Below, one piece after another: positions 54,533 through 63,262 of a stretch of 64,000 nucleotides of DNA (the first letter of the stretch is position 1; every line of letters starts with the position of its first letter). Made by a program: the position numbers and the translations under genes. The notes beneath the pieces were generated by a model. It worked only from the letters and a program-made list of their open reading frames with translations, was not told the DNA's origin and searched no databases. Origin of the DNA: Escherichia phage EC_OE_11; the sequence record OQ108497.1. One strand, given 5' to 3'.

Positions 54533-54991
54533 ATGCAAGAGGTTAAACATTATCCACATGGTCGTAGTTTTGTAGCTGTATGGCATGTTCCTGCTCGTAA
54601 TGAACTGTTTTGTGCATCTTTTCATTACAAAGATGGACAATATTTCACCTATGACGAGACGATGGATGATTTTATCCCAGAGTGCGATCATGGGTATACA
54701 CCAATGTTCTTTAAACGTATGAAAGCTCGTTTCTTCGTTACAGATGTTGATGGTGAACCTACTTGGCACATCGAAGAAGATTGGCAAGATTCTGTGGATA
54801 TTAAAGAAGCCCCAGAATGGGCTACACTACTGGTACACGTGAAAACCCCTACCCTTGATATTATGGCGTGGGTTAATCATGATGATACCCATTACCAATA
54901 CATAAACAGTAGCACAGAGATTTCTGGTGAGATTATTGGTCGTTGGAAGCCTACGAATCAGGTTGCTATTGTCGGATATAAGACAGTATAA
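54533..54991 (+). CDS. hypothetical protein (152 aa)
   Basis: ATG 54533 with AAGGAG SD. Confidence 0.55.
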   Translation: MQEVKHYPHGRSFVAVWHVPARNELFCASFHYKDGQYFTYDETMDDFIPECDHGYTPMFFKRMKARFFVTDVDGEPTWHIEEDWQDSVDIKEAPEWATLLVHVKTPTLDIMAWVNHDDTHYQYINSSTEISGEIIGRWKPTNQVAIVGYKTV

Positions 54992-54992
54992 T

Positions 54993-55187
54993 ATGAAAAG
55001 TAGCGTAGATTGGGATGATTTATCCGCTTTTGAAAAATGGTTCTTAGGTAGTGGTTGTTATGCAGATGGGGATCTCGAAAGAGATCCTTCTGGAAACTAC
55101 ATTATGCCATTAACCCAAGGTTTTTATGAGTGCTGGTGTGCAGCACAAAACAACGTACTGAATAAGGAGACAACACAATGCAATTAA
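54993..55187 (+). CDS. hypothetical protein (64 aa)
   Basis: ATG 54993 right after upstream stop. Confidence 0.4.
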   Translation: MKSSVDWDDLSAFEKWFLGSGCYADGDLERDPSGNYIMPLTQGFYECWCAAQNNVLNKETTQCN

Positions 55188-55417
55188 ACATCGGACAACC
55201 AATTTTTGATGCAGATACTGGTCAATATGCAGTGATTGTTGCTCGTATGAGCGGTGATGACTTTATTGTTTCAGAACTACTAGGATCAGATCCGCAACTA
55301 CGCGTAGTATGTGATCTATATCTTCGAGACGAAAGTGATCGCATTGCATTGAAGGAAGATGGTATGCTCTACTACACCTGGACTAGAGATCCTGGGGTAA
55401 CGGAGGTAGAGGTATAA
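55178..55417 (+). CDS. hypothetical protein
   Basis: 79 aa, AAGGAG SD. Confidence 0.55.
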   Translation: MQLNIGQPIFDADTGQYAVIVARMSGDDFIVSELLGSDPQLRVVCDLYLRDESDRIALKEDGMLYYTWTRDPGVTEVEV

Positions 55418-55716
55418 TGGTAAGGAATAGGGGTTTACATAAAAGAAGACACCTTACTTACTGGCATCGCAAAGTACATGAACCTGTATCAAAGAAAGAA
55501 TGGCAATACCTGCCTTATGGAAAGGAGCGAAGGAAGTATTTGTTAGCTCATTTAAGGGTACATGGTTCGCTTCCTGTTAACAGTAAGTGGCAATTGCAAA
55601 CAGCTTATGACGAAGATATGAAATATCTGTTAAAGAGAGGCATTATTTGCCTTGTTAAGATAGGGAGATGGAAATCTCGTCAATCCTATATCGTACTTAA
55701 ACAGGAGAAACCATGA
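55417..55716 (+). CDS. hypothetical basic protein
   Basis: 99 aa, K/R-rich N-terminus, GGAGG SD. Confidence 0.5.
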   Translation: MVRNRGLHKRRHLTYWHRKVHEPVSKKEWQYLPYGKERRKYLLAHLRVHGSLPVNSKWQLQTAYDEDMKYLLKRGIICLVKIGRWKSRQSYIVLKQEKP

Positions 55717-55964
55717 ATATCAAAGATGTTGTAGCATACGTAGAAGATGAAGTTAAAAACCATACAAGTTTACTGAAAGTAATGGTTGTGGTTAAAAATG
55801 GCATTGGACAAGTAAACGTGCAACATGTCCTATCTGATACTGTATATAATGTGTTTGAATGTAAAGACACACCTCATGGAGTACGTGTGGTGTATATTGA
55901 TAACAATTTCAAAGAGTGTGTGAGACATACCTTAGAAAATGAGCTAAGGATCACAATCTTATGA
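55713..55964 (+). CDS. hypothetical protein
   Basis: 83 aa, AGGAG SD. Confidence 0.55.
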   Translation: MNIKDVVAYVEDEVKNHTSLLKVMVVVKNGIGQVNVQHVLSDTVYNVFECKDTPHGVRVVYIDNNFKECVRHTLENELRITIL

Positions 55965-56134
55965 GTTATTATGTTGTACCCTATGCTAATAAGTGGAGAG
56001 TAAGAGAAACTTGTTTTCTATTCTCCTGGTGGGCTACGTTCGGAGATGGTTGTGGAAATGATACAGGGAAGCCTGTAGAGTATGACACAAAAGAAGAATG
56101 TGAACAGTGGATAAAATTAACACAAAGATGTTGA
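55961..56134 (+). CDS. small hypothetical protein (57 aa), not in ORF track
   Basis: ATGA coupling with upstream gene. Confidence 0.35.
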   Translation: MSYYVVPYANKWRVRETCFLFSWWATFGDGCGNDTGKPVEYDTKEECEQWIKLTQRC

Positions 56135-56159
56135 CACGATCTTAACTTCTTGTTAGTAT
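56131..56159 (+). promoter_or_regulatory. sigma70-like promoter
   Basis: TTGACA-17nt-TAGTAT upstream of 56188. Confidence 0.5.
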
Positions 56160-56187
56160 CAATATGTACTAACGATAAGGAGGGTTT

Positions 56188-56412
56188 ATGAAGTCTGTAA
56201 ACAAGTTGCAACAATTTTTGTTATCAACAGCAATCTTTTTGCTTTTGTTAATTGGTATTCTGTATGGTGCATCTAACTTATACAATCTACACAACAATGT
56301 AGAACATAATATAGAGAAGTGCACCATCCTAAAACACAATAAACAAGCAGAAGATTTCTTAAAGAATAAGTGTTACAATTACATTGATTATGAGGAGACA
56401 AACAATGATTAA
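56188..56412 (+). CDS. small N-terminally membrane-anchored protein (74 aa)
   Basis: AAGGAGGG SD; shares E(K/Q)C.(I/V).KH...AE.FL...C..Y motif with 51476..51694. Confidence 0.55.
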   Translation: MKSVNKLQQFLLSTAIFLLLLIGILYGASNLYNLHNNVEHNIEKCTILKHNKQAEDFLKNKCYNYIDYEETNND

Positions 56413-56647
56413 ACAATTAGGGATGCGAGTATACAGTGAGTGGACTCCAAGCAATGGCCCAGGAGTTGTTGCAGCTAAATGTATCAATGGTCGTATTGAG
56501 TACCTGGAAGGTTATGAAGATAATGAAGAGTTAGTAGATTATGCTAAATCTTTTATTGAAGATGATACAGACTTTATTGTATTATATGATACAGGAGAGT
56601 TAGAGTATGGATATGATGGAGATGGGGATATCTTTGAACTTCAATAA
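56405..56647 (+). CDS. hypothetical acidic protein (80 aa)
   Basis: ATG 56405 with GAGGAG SD. Confidence 0.5.
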   Translation: MIKQLGMRVYSEWTPSNGPGVVAAKCINGRIEYLEGYEDNEELVDYAKSFIEDDTDFIVLYDTGELEYGYDGDGDIFELQ

Positions 56648-56742
56648 GAGTAGTAAGTAAGATATAAAGAGTATATAGTTAGCTATAGAGTTAGTAACAT
56701 TACATATACTCTTTCCATGTATAACATGGAATATTCTCTACC

Positions 56743-56800
56743 TCGCTATCGCTCGGTATATAAGATTAGGGTAGCATGTTTTTTACGAAAAGTAAAACTG
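56743..56800. repeat. intergenic conserved element, copy 2 (core TTAGGGTAGCATGTTTTT)
   Basis: 18-mer at 56766-56783 identical to 28904-28921. Confidence 0.55.
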
Positions 56801-56854
56801 TTTGTACCGATTGATAGCAGGTTTTTAATAGATTTTATCTATGAGGAGTAGAAA

Positions 56855-57073
56855 GTGTACAAATTATATAAAGCAAAAGATAAGTTTACGGGCAATACAT
56901 CTGGTTTCTATGTAACACCCCGTGGTGTTGCTGTGTTTGATTGGATCTCTGGTACTCCAGATCGTGAAATGATCTCTCTTGTAAAACTGTCAGAACAAGA
57001 TTATACTTACGGTGACATTACAACGTTCTATTCTCGTGCAGAAAATCCAAAACTGATTGCGGAGTGGGAATAA
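56855..57073 (+). CDS. hypothetical protein (GTG start)
   Basis: GAGGAG SD 7 nt upstream of GTG at 56855. Confidence 0.45.
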   Translation: MYKLYKAKDKFTGNTSGFYVTPRGVAVFDWISGTPDREMISLVKLSEQDYTYGDITTFYSRAENPKLIAEWE

Positions 57074-57336
57074 TGGTTACACGATATGGTTTAGAGGTGT
57101 ACAGCCAAGGTGCTGCTGGTCAGTGTGATATTGTACCAGATCCAGAAGGGGATTATGTTCTTCTTGCTGATTACAATAAGCTAGAAGAAAGACTTCTGGC
57201 TGTGTATGCTAAAGAGAACAAAACAATCTGTCCTTATTGCAGTGGAATGGGTTGGGTTGTTGCAGATATTGGACAAATGTATGAATGTGTACCTTGTAAA
57301 ACCACAGGATTTATTGAAAAGGATACTGACAAATGA
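57073..57336 (+). CDS. zinc-ribbon protein (CPYCSG...CVPCKTTG), 87 aa
   Basis: ATG 57073 with GGAGTGGG SD; two CxxC pairs. Confidence 0.5.
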   Translation: MVTRYGLEVYSQGAAGQCDIVPDPEGDYVLLADYNKLEERLLAVYAKENKTICPYCSGMGWVVADIGQMYECVPCKTTGFIEKDTDK

Positions 57337-57581
57337 CTGTAGCAGATAAAATGAGAGAACTGGCAGAAAACGCAGAACTTAACAAAGCAAAGGAGAGTTT
57401 ACAAAATATCTACGCGTATATTGAGAGAGCAGCTAAAGACGGGGACAGAGAAGTTGCTATCTACACGCTTTATCCAACTTTTGTAAAAGTTAGCTTGGAT
57501 GCTGAAGGTTTTTCAACTTTTATTGATACAGCAACATCTCATTACGATGAAAACTTTACTCGAATAGTTATTCGATGGTAA
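57333..57581 (+). CDS. hypothetical protein
   Basis: 82 aa, ATGA coupling. Confidence 0.5.
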   Translation: MTVADKMRELAENAELNKAKESLQNIYAYIERAAKDGDREVAIYTLYPTFVKVSLDAEGFSTFIDTATSHYDENFTRIVIRW

Positions 57582-57686
57582 ATTTCTGACATTTATGCGC
57601 CCTGGCTACCTGGGCGTAATAAATTCAGCTTATATTTGATCCGCGCCTTCGGCGCTTAGGCAAAGCCACGCCACACAGGAGGGTTT

Positions 57687-58097
57687 ATGTTCAAATGGTT
57701 AAAAGGGTTTCTAACATCTTTGGCAGAACCTAAGCAAGATGTTATTAAAAGCTCTATCACAGGAAAACCGCTTGTTATAGTTACAGGCGGCTTTGGTCAT
57801 GGGTTTTCCCTTAAACAAACAGATATAGGTTTACAGGGATGTTTGATTAGTTTTAGAATCACTCAATTAGGAGACAACAGACAAACAATCTTAGATCTTT
57901 TCAATGGAGAGTTTGATGATTATTTATCTAAGAGTGATAAAGAACGTCTGATCGAGCATATAAAACATCGTTATGAGCGTGGTGGTTACTATCTAGAGAC
58001 AAAACGTAATTCACAAGGTAATCTTGACATAGTTAGCACAGCGTGGGATAATGAATTTAAAACTAAACTTGGTAAACTTCTGGAGGAGTTATGGTAA
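57687..58097 (+). CDS. hypothetical protein
   Basis: 136 aa, AGGAGGG SD. Confidence 0.55.
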   Translation: MFKWLKGFLTSLAEPKQDVIKSSITGKPLVIVTGGFGHGFSLKQTDIGLQGCLISFRITQLGDNRQTILDLFNGEFDDYLSKSDKERLIEHIKHRYERGGYYLETKRNSQGNLDIVSTAWDNEFKTKLGKLLEELW

Positions 58098-58273
58098 ATA
58101 TTAAAACAGGTGATATTGTACGTCTTGCCAGCGAAGAAATGTTAATGACTGTAATGGTATCTACTTACGATACTTGCGAAGTGGTGTGGTTTGATGTTAA
58201 TGAGCAACTACAGAAAGCTACATTTGATAAACGTATGCTTCGTAAAGTTGAAGAAGTGAAGGAGGAAGAATAA
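58091..58273 (+). CDS. hypothetical protein
   Basis: 60 aa, GGAGGAG SD. Confidence 0.5.
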   Translation: MVNIKTGDIVRLASEEMLMTVMVSTYDTCEVVWFDVNEQLQKATFDKRMLRKVEEVKEEE

Positions 58274-58274
58274 T

Positions 58275-58487
58275 ATGGGAATGTTGCTTCGTGTTTTTGT
58301 GTTTCTTATGTTCTGGATTATCGTTGGTAATGGTATTGTATTTTTGATTTTTCCTGAAGTGATGACAGGTAATGAAAATAAGGCAGTGCCTTACATTATG
58401 CTTATCGGTTACGGTATTGGTACACTTGGACTACTGTTTGCTGACTGGTTGATCAATACTTTGTTCTCTAAGTACAGGAACAACTAA
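58275..58487 (+). CDS. membrane protein (2 TM)
   Basis: 70 aa, AAGGAGGAAG SD. Confidence 0.55.
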   Translation: MGMLLRVFVFLMFWIIVGNGIVFLIFPEVMTGNENKAVPYIMLIGYGIGTLGLLFADWLINTLFSKYRNN

Positions 58488-58488
58488 T

Positions 58489-58761
58489 ATGTCGGAAAAA
58501 TTACCTAACGTTTTCTTTTGTTTTGTAGATTGCGTTACACAAGAAATTATAGTTGACGAAGAAGGTATGTTTACTTATTTTGCATCTGAAGAAGAGGCAA
58601 AACTGTCAGCTATAAAGTGTATAAGCCAATTGTCAGTACCTGCTGTCAACAGGTTCGGTATTGCACAGGTGTATAAAACAGTAACAGAGTTTACACCAGA
58701 TCGAAAACTAACTTTTCTTAACGTTCACTTTGTTTGTAAGTTTAGTGAACTACGACATTAA
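58489..58761 (+). CDS. hypothetical protein
   Basis: 90 aa. Confidence 0.5.
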   Translation: MSEKLPNVFFCFVDCVTQEIIVDEEGMFTYFASEEEAKLSAIKCISQLSVPAVNRFGIAQVYKTVTEFTPDRKLTFLNVHFVCKFSELRH

Positions 58762-58774
58762 ATCAGGAGTAAAA

Positions 58775-59374
58775 ATGAAAGAATATTGGAGTGGTGAGAA
58801 GGGCTTGCTAAAGCCAGGAATGCTTTTGCGAGTAAAGAACATGTTGATCACACAAGATTACATAATGCCTAATCCTGGAGCATTAGTAGAATTCCTTACT
58901 GCGCGAGATCAACCTGGGGTTGGTGAAATGTGGATTGTAACGTGGATATCTCTCGATAGTAAATTACGCGTTGCTCCTATTGACCCAAAACACTTGGAAT
59001 CTCCTTACGCCAGCATTGATTCTCGGATCATAGATTTGGCTAGAGTTTATAAGGCTAGAACTGGTGTAGAATTAGATGTAGAAATTTTAAATCAATGTAT
59101 TGACTTCTTACCTGAAAAAGTGCATAATGCACAACAAGAAGATAGCGGTTTAGAAGTTATTCTTCTGAATGATGGGATGTTCTCTGGTCTGGCATCTGTA
59201 GATTTTCCAATAACATTAAGATTGTTACCTGGGGAATACGTACTGGATGACACTACTATTGCTATATCCTCTAAAATTTTAGAACTCATTCCAGGTGCAA
59301 GGTGTGTTGGTGATACATCTTCCTTGCTGTTTACTCTGAATGAAGAAGCCATTATAGTTAAAAAGGAGAAGTAA
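58775..59374 (+). CDS. hypothetical protein (199 aa)
   Basis: ATG 58775 with AGGAG SD. Confidence 0.55.
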   Translation: MKEYWSGEKGLLKPGMLLRVKNMLITQDYIMPNPGALVEFLTARDQPGVGEMWIVTWISLDSKLRVAPIDPKHLESPYASIDSRIIDLARVYKARTGVELDVEILNQCIDFLPEKVHNAQQEDSGLEVILLNDGMFSGLASVDFPITLRLLPGEYVLDDTTIAISSKILELIPGARCVGDTSSLLFTLNEEAIIVKKEK

Positions 59375-59479
59375 ATGATGACGTTTATTGTTGGTGTTGT
59401 TGTTGGTTATTTTGGTCACAAGTACCAGGATGTTATCATCGCTAAAGTTGACGAAGTAATCGAAAAATTTAAACACTAA
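59375..59479 (+). CDS. small membrane peptide (34 aa), not in ORF track
   Basis: AAGGAG SD; ATG right after upstream stop. Confidence 0.4.
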   Translation: MMTFIVGVVVGYFGHKYQDVIIAKVDEVIEKFKH

Positions 59480-59530
59480 TTTTCTAAAAGGCTGTACTAT
59501 TGTGCAGCCTATCTTTCAAAGGAGAGTAAA

Positions 59531-59695
59531 ATGTTCAAAGATACCAATTATAAATGTGTACATTGTGGTAAATCTTTTGGTGATCACCAAGCTAAGACGT
59601 TCAATTGTCCACGAAAAGGGCGAGGTAGCTTTAAAGGTTTTAATCCATCCCACGTTTATTCTCCCAACTACGAGAAACCAGAAGAAGAAAAATTT
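59531..59695 (+). CDS. small zinc-finger-like protein (54 aa), not in ORF track
   Basis: AAGGAG SD 7 nt upstream of ATG 59531; CVHCG...CPRKG; preferred over ORF-track 59502..59699. Confidence 0.5.
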
Positions 59696-59713
59696 GTAAT
59701 CTGAGGAGGCAAT

Positions 59714-60001
59714 ATGGAACTAGTACAAGAAGTTTATGAAAAACTAAAAGAAGAGAATCTTGATTGGCCTGAACATGCTCTTATTGTCGTCAAAGATACT
59801 AATGGTGAAATAAAATTCTCAAGTGTAAGTGAAGATGATGTTGTTTTAAGTCCTACAGGATATTATATGAGAGGTGTTACGTGTCTATTCAACACCAAAG
59901 TGTATCCTGAAGTTAAACTTAGTTACGGTGAACCTGATCATCCAGAAATCGTTACACGTAATGAATATGAAAATTATTATTTTGCTCGTGAAAGCAAATA
60001 A
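59714..60001 (+). CDS. hypothetical protein
   Basis: 95 aa, GAGGAGG SD. Confidence 0.55.
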   Translation: MELVQEVYEKLKEENLDWPEHALIVVKDTNGEIKFSSVSEDDVVLSPTGYYMRGVTCLFNTKVYPEVKLSYGEPDHPEIVTRNEYENYYFARESK

Positions 60002-60009
60002 GGAAAACT

Positions 60010-60333
60010 ATGCAAAAAATAAACACTGGTTCTCGTCCTAAACAGAAGCAAACAAAAGCAAGGGTGTCTTATATTGATAACTCTTGCTATAATTTCAAAA
60101 ATGTTAAAGAAGTCATCATTGATGAAAAAGAAGGTTTGATTCACATTTCATCTGAACGTTTGAAAGGTAGTGTTACTCTTCGTGAGAATGTATCTATACC
60201 TATGAAAGTTGTGGCTACACTCTGTGTTGATAAACCAGATGTTGCTAACTATTATGTGTTCCGTGATAATCGTATTTCATTACATAACAAGATTTTTAAA
60301 TCTTCGCACGTTAAAACAAAACACATTGTATAA
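60010..60333 (+). CDS. hypothetical protein
   Basis: 107 aa. Confidence 0.55.
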   Translation: MQKINTGSRPKQKQTKARVSYIDNSCYNFKNVKEVIIDEKEGLIHISSERLKGSVTLRENVSIPMKVVATLCVDKPDVANYYVFRDNRISLHNKIFKSSHVKTKHIV

Positions 60334-60337
60334 CGCA

Positions 60338-60361
60338 TAAACCCGCTTCGGCGGGTTTTCT
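60338..60361 (+). terminator. intrinsic terminator (duplicate of 33586-33610)
   Basis: AAACCCGC-ttcg-GCGGGTTTTCTTGTAT. Confidence 0.8.
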
Positions 60362-60418
60362 TGTATATATGCTCTTTATATGTTATAAACACTTTTAGCA
60401 TAAACAATAGGAGGTATT

Positions 60419-60640
60419 ATGTCTGTAGTTGTAGAAGGTAGTATTGGTTTCTTAGTAGATAACCCTCACCCTTTCGTGGTTAAGGTTCATATTCAAGAAA
60501 AGGTAAGCAACAATACGTGGTTGTGCTTGTTAGATAGTAAGATACACTCTTATACAGAGGTTTATCTTCACACTTGGCAAATTGGTACGATAACAGCAGA
60601 GGATGAATTGATAATTGAACTATATGAACGAGATTTATAG
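60419..60640 (+). CDS. hypothetical protein
   Basis: 73 aa, AGGAGG SD. Confidence 0.55.
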   Translation: MSVVVEGSIGFLVDNPHPFVVKVHIQEKVSNNTWLCLLDSKIHSYTEVYLHTWQIGTITAEDELIIELYERDL

Positions 60641-60715
60641 ATGACTTTACTAGAGAGTATTGTAGTGTTAATCATCTTTATCATTGTTGTCATAGGATAT
60701 TTTACAGAAGACTAA
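60641..60715 (+). CDS. tiny membrane peptide (24 aa), speculative
   Basis: ATG right after upstream stop; single hydrophobic helix. Confidence 0.25.
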   Translation: MTLLESIVVLIIFIIVVIGYFTED

Positions 60716-60716
60716 A

Positions 60717-60753
60717 ATAAAGCCCCTAGAAGCGATTCTAGGGGCTTTTGTTT
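60717..60753 (+). terminator. strong intrinsic terminator ending the plus-strand block
   Basis: AGCCCCTAGAA-gcga-TTCTAGGGGCT + TTTTGTTTG. Confidence 0.85.
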
Positions 60754-60815
60754 GCATTAGGTAGGGAAACGTATTACTAAAATAAAAAGTGCGTTAGAAT
60801 GCGTTACAGAAGGTT

Positions 60816-61073
60816 TTAGGAATGCATAAAATCTTCTTCAGGGCAGGTTGAGAGATAAGAGATGCACGTTGGGACAACAACAACATTATCTTTAAGGTTT
60901 GCAACCAGTCCTTTTGTAATCCCAGCCACTGCCCCGTTAATATCTGCTTGACGGATACCAAAACCTTGTTGTGCGGATAGATAACAAAATCCTTCACCTT
61001 TCTGTTGATTGTTATTGAAGTAATAAACGTAGTGCATCATAAAATGGTCTTTAACGATTTGTTCTGTGGTCAT
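60816..61073 (-). CDS. hypothetical protein
   Basis: 85 aa; ATG 61073 with AGGAG SD. Confidence 0.5.
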   Translation of the reverse strand: MTTEQIVKDHFMMHYVYYFNNNQQKGEGFCYLSAQQGFGIRQADINGAVAGITKGLVANLKDNVVVVPTCISYLSTCPEEDFMHS

Positions 61074-61090
61074 AATATTCTCCTATAAGA

Positions 61091-61109
61091 AAAGGGGCTT
61101 TCGCCCCCT
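61091..61109 (-). terminator. intrinsic terminator downstream of Sir2-like gene
   Basis: aaGGGGC-tttc-GCCCCc then TTTTCTTA on minus strand; sequence family shared with 132-150. Confidence 0.6.
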
Positions 61110-61117
61110 TGGTTAAG

Positions 61118-61930
61118 TTATTTAGTCAAATGATCTTCTATCATTTTTATGAAAGCAGGATTGCTAAAAGCATCTGCGGCCTTTTCTCGATAAACAAAGA
61201 CTCCTCTATCTTCGTAAAGAAGAGTTTCTTCGTAATTAATTCCTGGGTTAACAACGATCATTTTTGTACCCATATTAAGTGCAGGGAATAATTCCCAATT
61301 AAAATTGATAACTTGGTTTGAACATCCTACTACTACAACCAAATCTTGCATGGTCAAAGTATCAAACAAGTGAGCCATATCTGCATACAAAGGTGCAGCC
61401 TCACCAAAAAATACAACATTAGGCTTCACCCAGTTGTAATCATCTATGTTTATACTGTTGTAACCAATATCTACCAGTGTTTTGTAATCCCCAGGATGCA
61501 TACGGTAAACTATTTCAGGAAGATATCCGTGCACGTGAATAACCGAATCTCTGTCTACACCTGCTCGCTCTAGTAGATCATCGACGTTTGTTGTCAAGTT
61601 TACTACTTGGTTAGGATATTCCTTAAACCACTTTGCTATTTGAATATGTGCAGCATTAGGTTGTACATCTTTAAGCTCAACACGTCTTTTGTTATAAAAT
61701 TCGTGTGTTTTGGCATACAAATCCATACCGTTCTCGTCTACACCACCAACCACGGGAAGATCTGGAGATGTTCTAACACGATAACCTGCTTGGAAAGCTC
61801 CAATATCGCAGACCTCTTCTAAATCATATTCTTCCCATAAGGCACGACCACTATCGGTGTCTGTTCGGAATGTTCGAATCCCACTGTCTGCACTTAAACC
61901 TGCGCCACTGACAAAAATTACTCTTCGCAT
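61118..61930 (-). CDS. Sir2-family protein (sirtuin-like NAD-dependent deacylase or ADP-ribosyltransferase)
   Basis: VIFVSGAGLSADSGIRTFR, PNAAHIQIA, TTNVDDLLERAG...HVHG, VVFFGE, VVVGCSNQV; no obvious Zn-binding CxxC pairs. Confidence 0.75.
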   Translation of the reverse strand: MRRVIFVSGAGLSADSGIRTFRTDTDSGRALWEEYDLEEVCDIGAFQAGYRVRTSPDLPVVGGVDENGMDLYAKTHEFYNKRRVELKDVQPNAAHIQIAKWFKEYPNQVVNLTTNVDDLLERAGVDRDSVIHVHGYLPEIVYRMHPGDYKTLVDIGYNSINIDDYNWVKPNVVFFGEAAPLYADMAHLFDTLTMQDLVVVVGCSNQVINFNWELFPALNMGTKMIVVNPGINYEETLLYEDRGVFVYREKAADAFSNPAFIKMIEDHLTK

Positions 61931-62472
61931 TCAATATCCTCTTCGTAATCATCATCCCAAGAAGATGCATCGTAACGCTCTTCCTCTTCGAAATCCCAAT
62001 TAATTTCTACTCCAAAATCTAAAAACAATTTAACAATGTTTTCTGTAGAATAGTATTTATCATAAGCGTTAGCTAGTTCCCAATACTTGTCACTCAATTT
62101 TTTATAAGTAGGATCATTATAGTCATAATCTACTTTATAACCATAGTCATACATCTCTTGTTCAGCTTTAAGCATAGCTTCTGGTGTAAGAAGATTAGGG
62201 AACGGACGATTTCTTTCTTTTAACTTAGAAGTAATCCAGTTTGCAACATTCGCCACTTCACCATCTCGATTATCACCTAAACAACTTGCATAATCTCCAT
62301 CTTCGTAAGTGCCTAAATCCCCACTGACTTCATGTACAATAGATGAATACGATCCACACGTTTCACAATCTGAAAAAGTGTCTACTGTTGTAATATCAAT
62401 AGATAAAACTGGTAAAGCCATAGCTTCTTTCACACAAGCCTCCTCATATAATAACATGTCATCAAAACCCAT
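61918..62472 (-). CDS. hypothetical acidic protein (184 aa)
   Basis: Start moved to ATG 62472 with GGAGG SD. Confidence 0.5.
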   Translation of the reverse strand: MGFDDMLLYEEACVKEAMALPVLSIDITTVDTFSDCETCGSYSSIVHEVSGDLGTYEDGDYASCLGDNRDGEVANVANWITSKLKERNRPFPNLLTPEAMLKAEQEMYDYGYKVDYDYNDPTYKKLSDKYWELANAYDKYYSTENIVKLFLDFGVEINWDFEEEERYDASSWDDDYEEDIECEE

Positions 62473-62490
62473 ATATCCTCCAGACAAATA

Positions 62491-62509
62491 AAGCCCCTGC
62501 TTGGGGCTT
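62491..62509 (-). terminator. intrinsic terminator-like hairpin
   Basis: aaGCCCC-tgctt-GGGGCtt then TATTTGT on minus strand. Confidence 0.5.
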
Positions 62510-62526
62510 TGGTTAAGTTTTACGGA

Positions 62527-63138
62527 TTATACCAGACTTTTAAGGTACTTGTCAAGGGCTTCTTGATCACCTTGACAAACATAGCAACGGAAGTCTTGAG
62601 CAGAAGGTTCTTTGTCCTCGTCCCAATCCCAGTAGACAGTACCTTTATAGCGTGAGCCTGGGAACTCGAAGTATGCTACATGAGTAATATGGTGTGGGCC
62701 ACCCCAAAACTCTGTAAAAGTAAATTGAGGATACGCGGCTTTAACTGTATTTTCAAACCAAGTTTTACGATCTAATGCTTCGTTTATAAAATAAGCATGG
62801 CGTTCCATTTCATCCCAATCTTTCCAAACGCATTTTTCATCCAGAGAGAAAACAAAATTTTCACTGTTAAACTCGTCTGTATCTGATTCCAAAATATCAT
62901 AGTCATGTGCACTAGGTATCCACCACCCAGCTTCTAATAGTGCTTTTGCAGGTACAAAACCTTTTTCAGCGTATTGATCAAATTCTTTTACTCTACGTAC
63001 AGTGCAGTATTCATCTTCACCACCAATGTCCAATAGACAAGCGCCTCTGCGTCTTGCTGCAAGACCATGTGTATCAAAAACTACAACGCTACCTTCACCA
63101 TCTTCACGATCTACTTGATATGCAACTTTTTGAGTCAT
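62527..63138 (-). CDS. hypothetical protein
   Basis: 203 aa; GGGGG SD. Confidence 0.55.
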   Translation of the reverse strand: MTQKVAYQVDREDGEGSVVVFDTHGLAARRRGACLLDIGGEDEYCTVRRVKEFDQYAEKGFVPAKALLEAGWWIPSAHDYDILESDTDEFNSENFVFSLDEKCVWKDWDEMERHAYFINEALDRKTWFENTVKAAYPQFTFTEFWGGPHHITHVAYFEFPGSRYKGTVYWDWDEDKEPSAQDFRCYVCQGDQEALDKYLKSLV

Positions 63139-63139
63139 A

Positions 63140-63262
63140 TTACCCCCAATGTATATGGGAAATTACCCAAAAGATAAATTCCCAAAAACACCAACCAAGA
63201 AAAGTTAATGGAATTATAAAAGCTATCAGAGCAGTCTTCCAGCCTTTCCACAATGTTTCCAT
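63140..63262 (-). CDS. small membrane peptide (40 aa), not in ORF track
   Basis: ATG 63262 with GGGGGAATA SD, overlaps upstream stop by 1 nt. Confidence 0.4.
   Translation of the reverse strand: METLWKGWKTALIAFIIPLTFLGWCFWEFIFWVISHIHWG

Noticed and set aside
57590-57660. Pair of short GC hairpins after 57333..57581 as a terminator
   Set aside because: Stems are only 5 bp with mismatches and no U-tract; recorded as uncertain RNA structure, not a terminator.
59502-59699. 65-aa plus-strand ORF from the track
   Set aside because: Starts inside the SD region of a better ORF in another frame (59531..59695, AAGGAG SD, zinc-finger-like), which I report instead.
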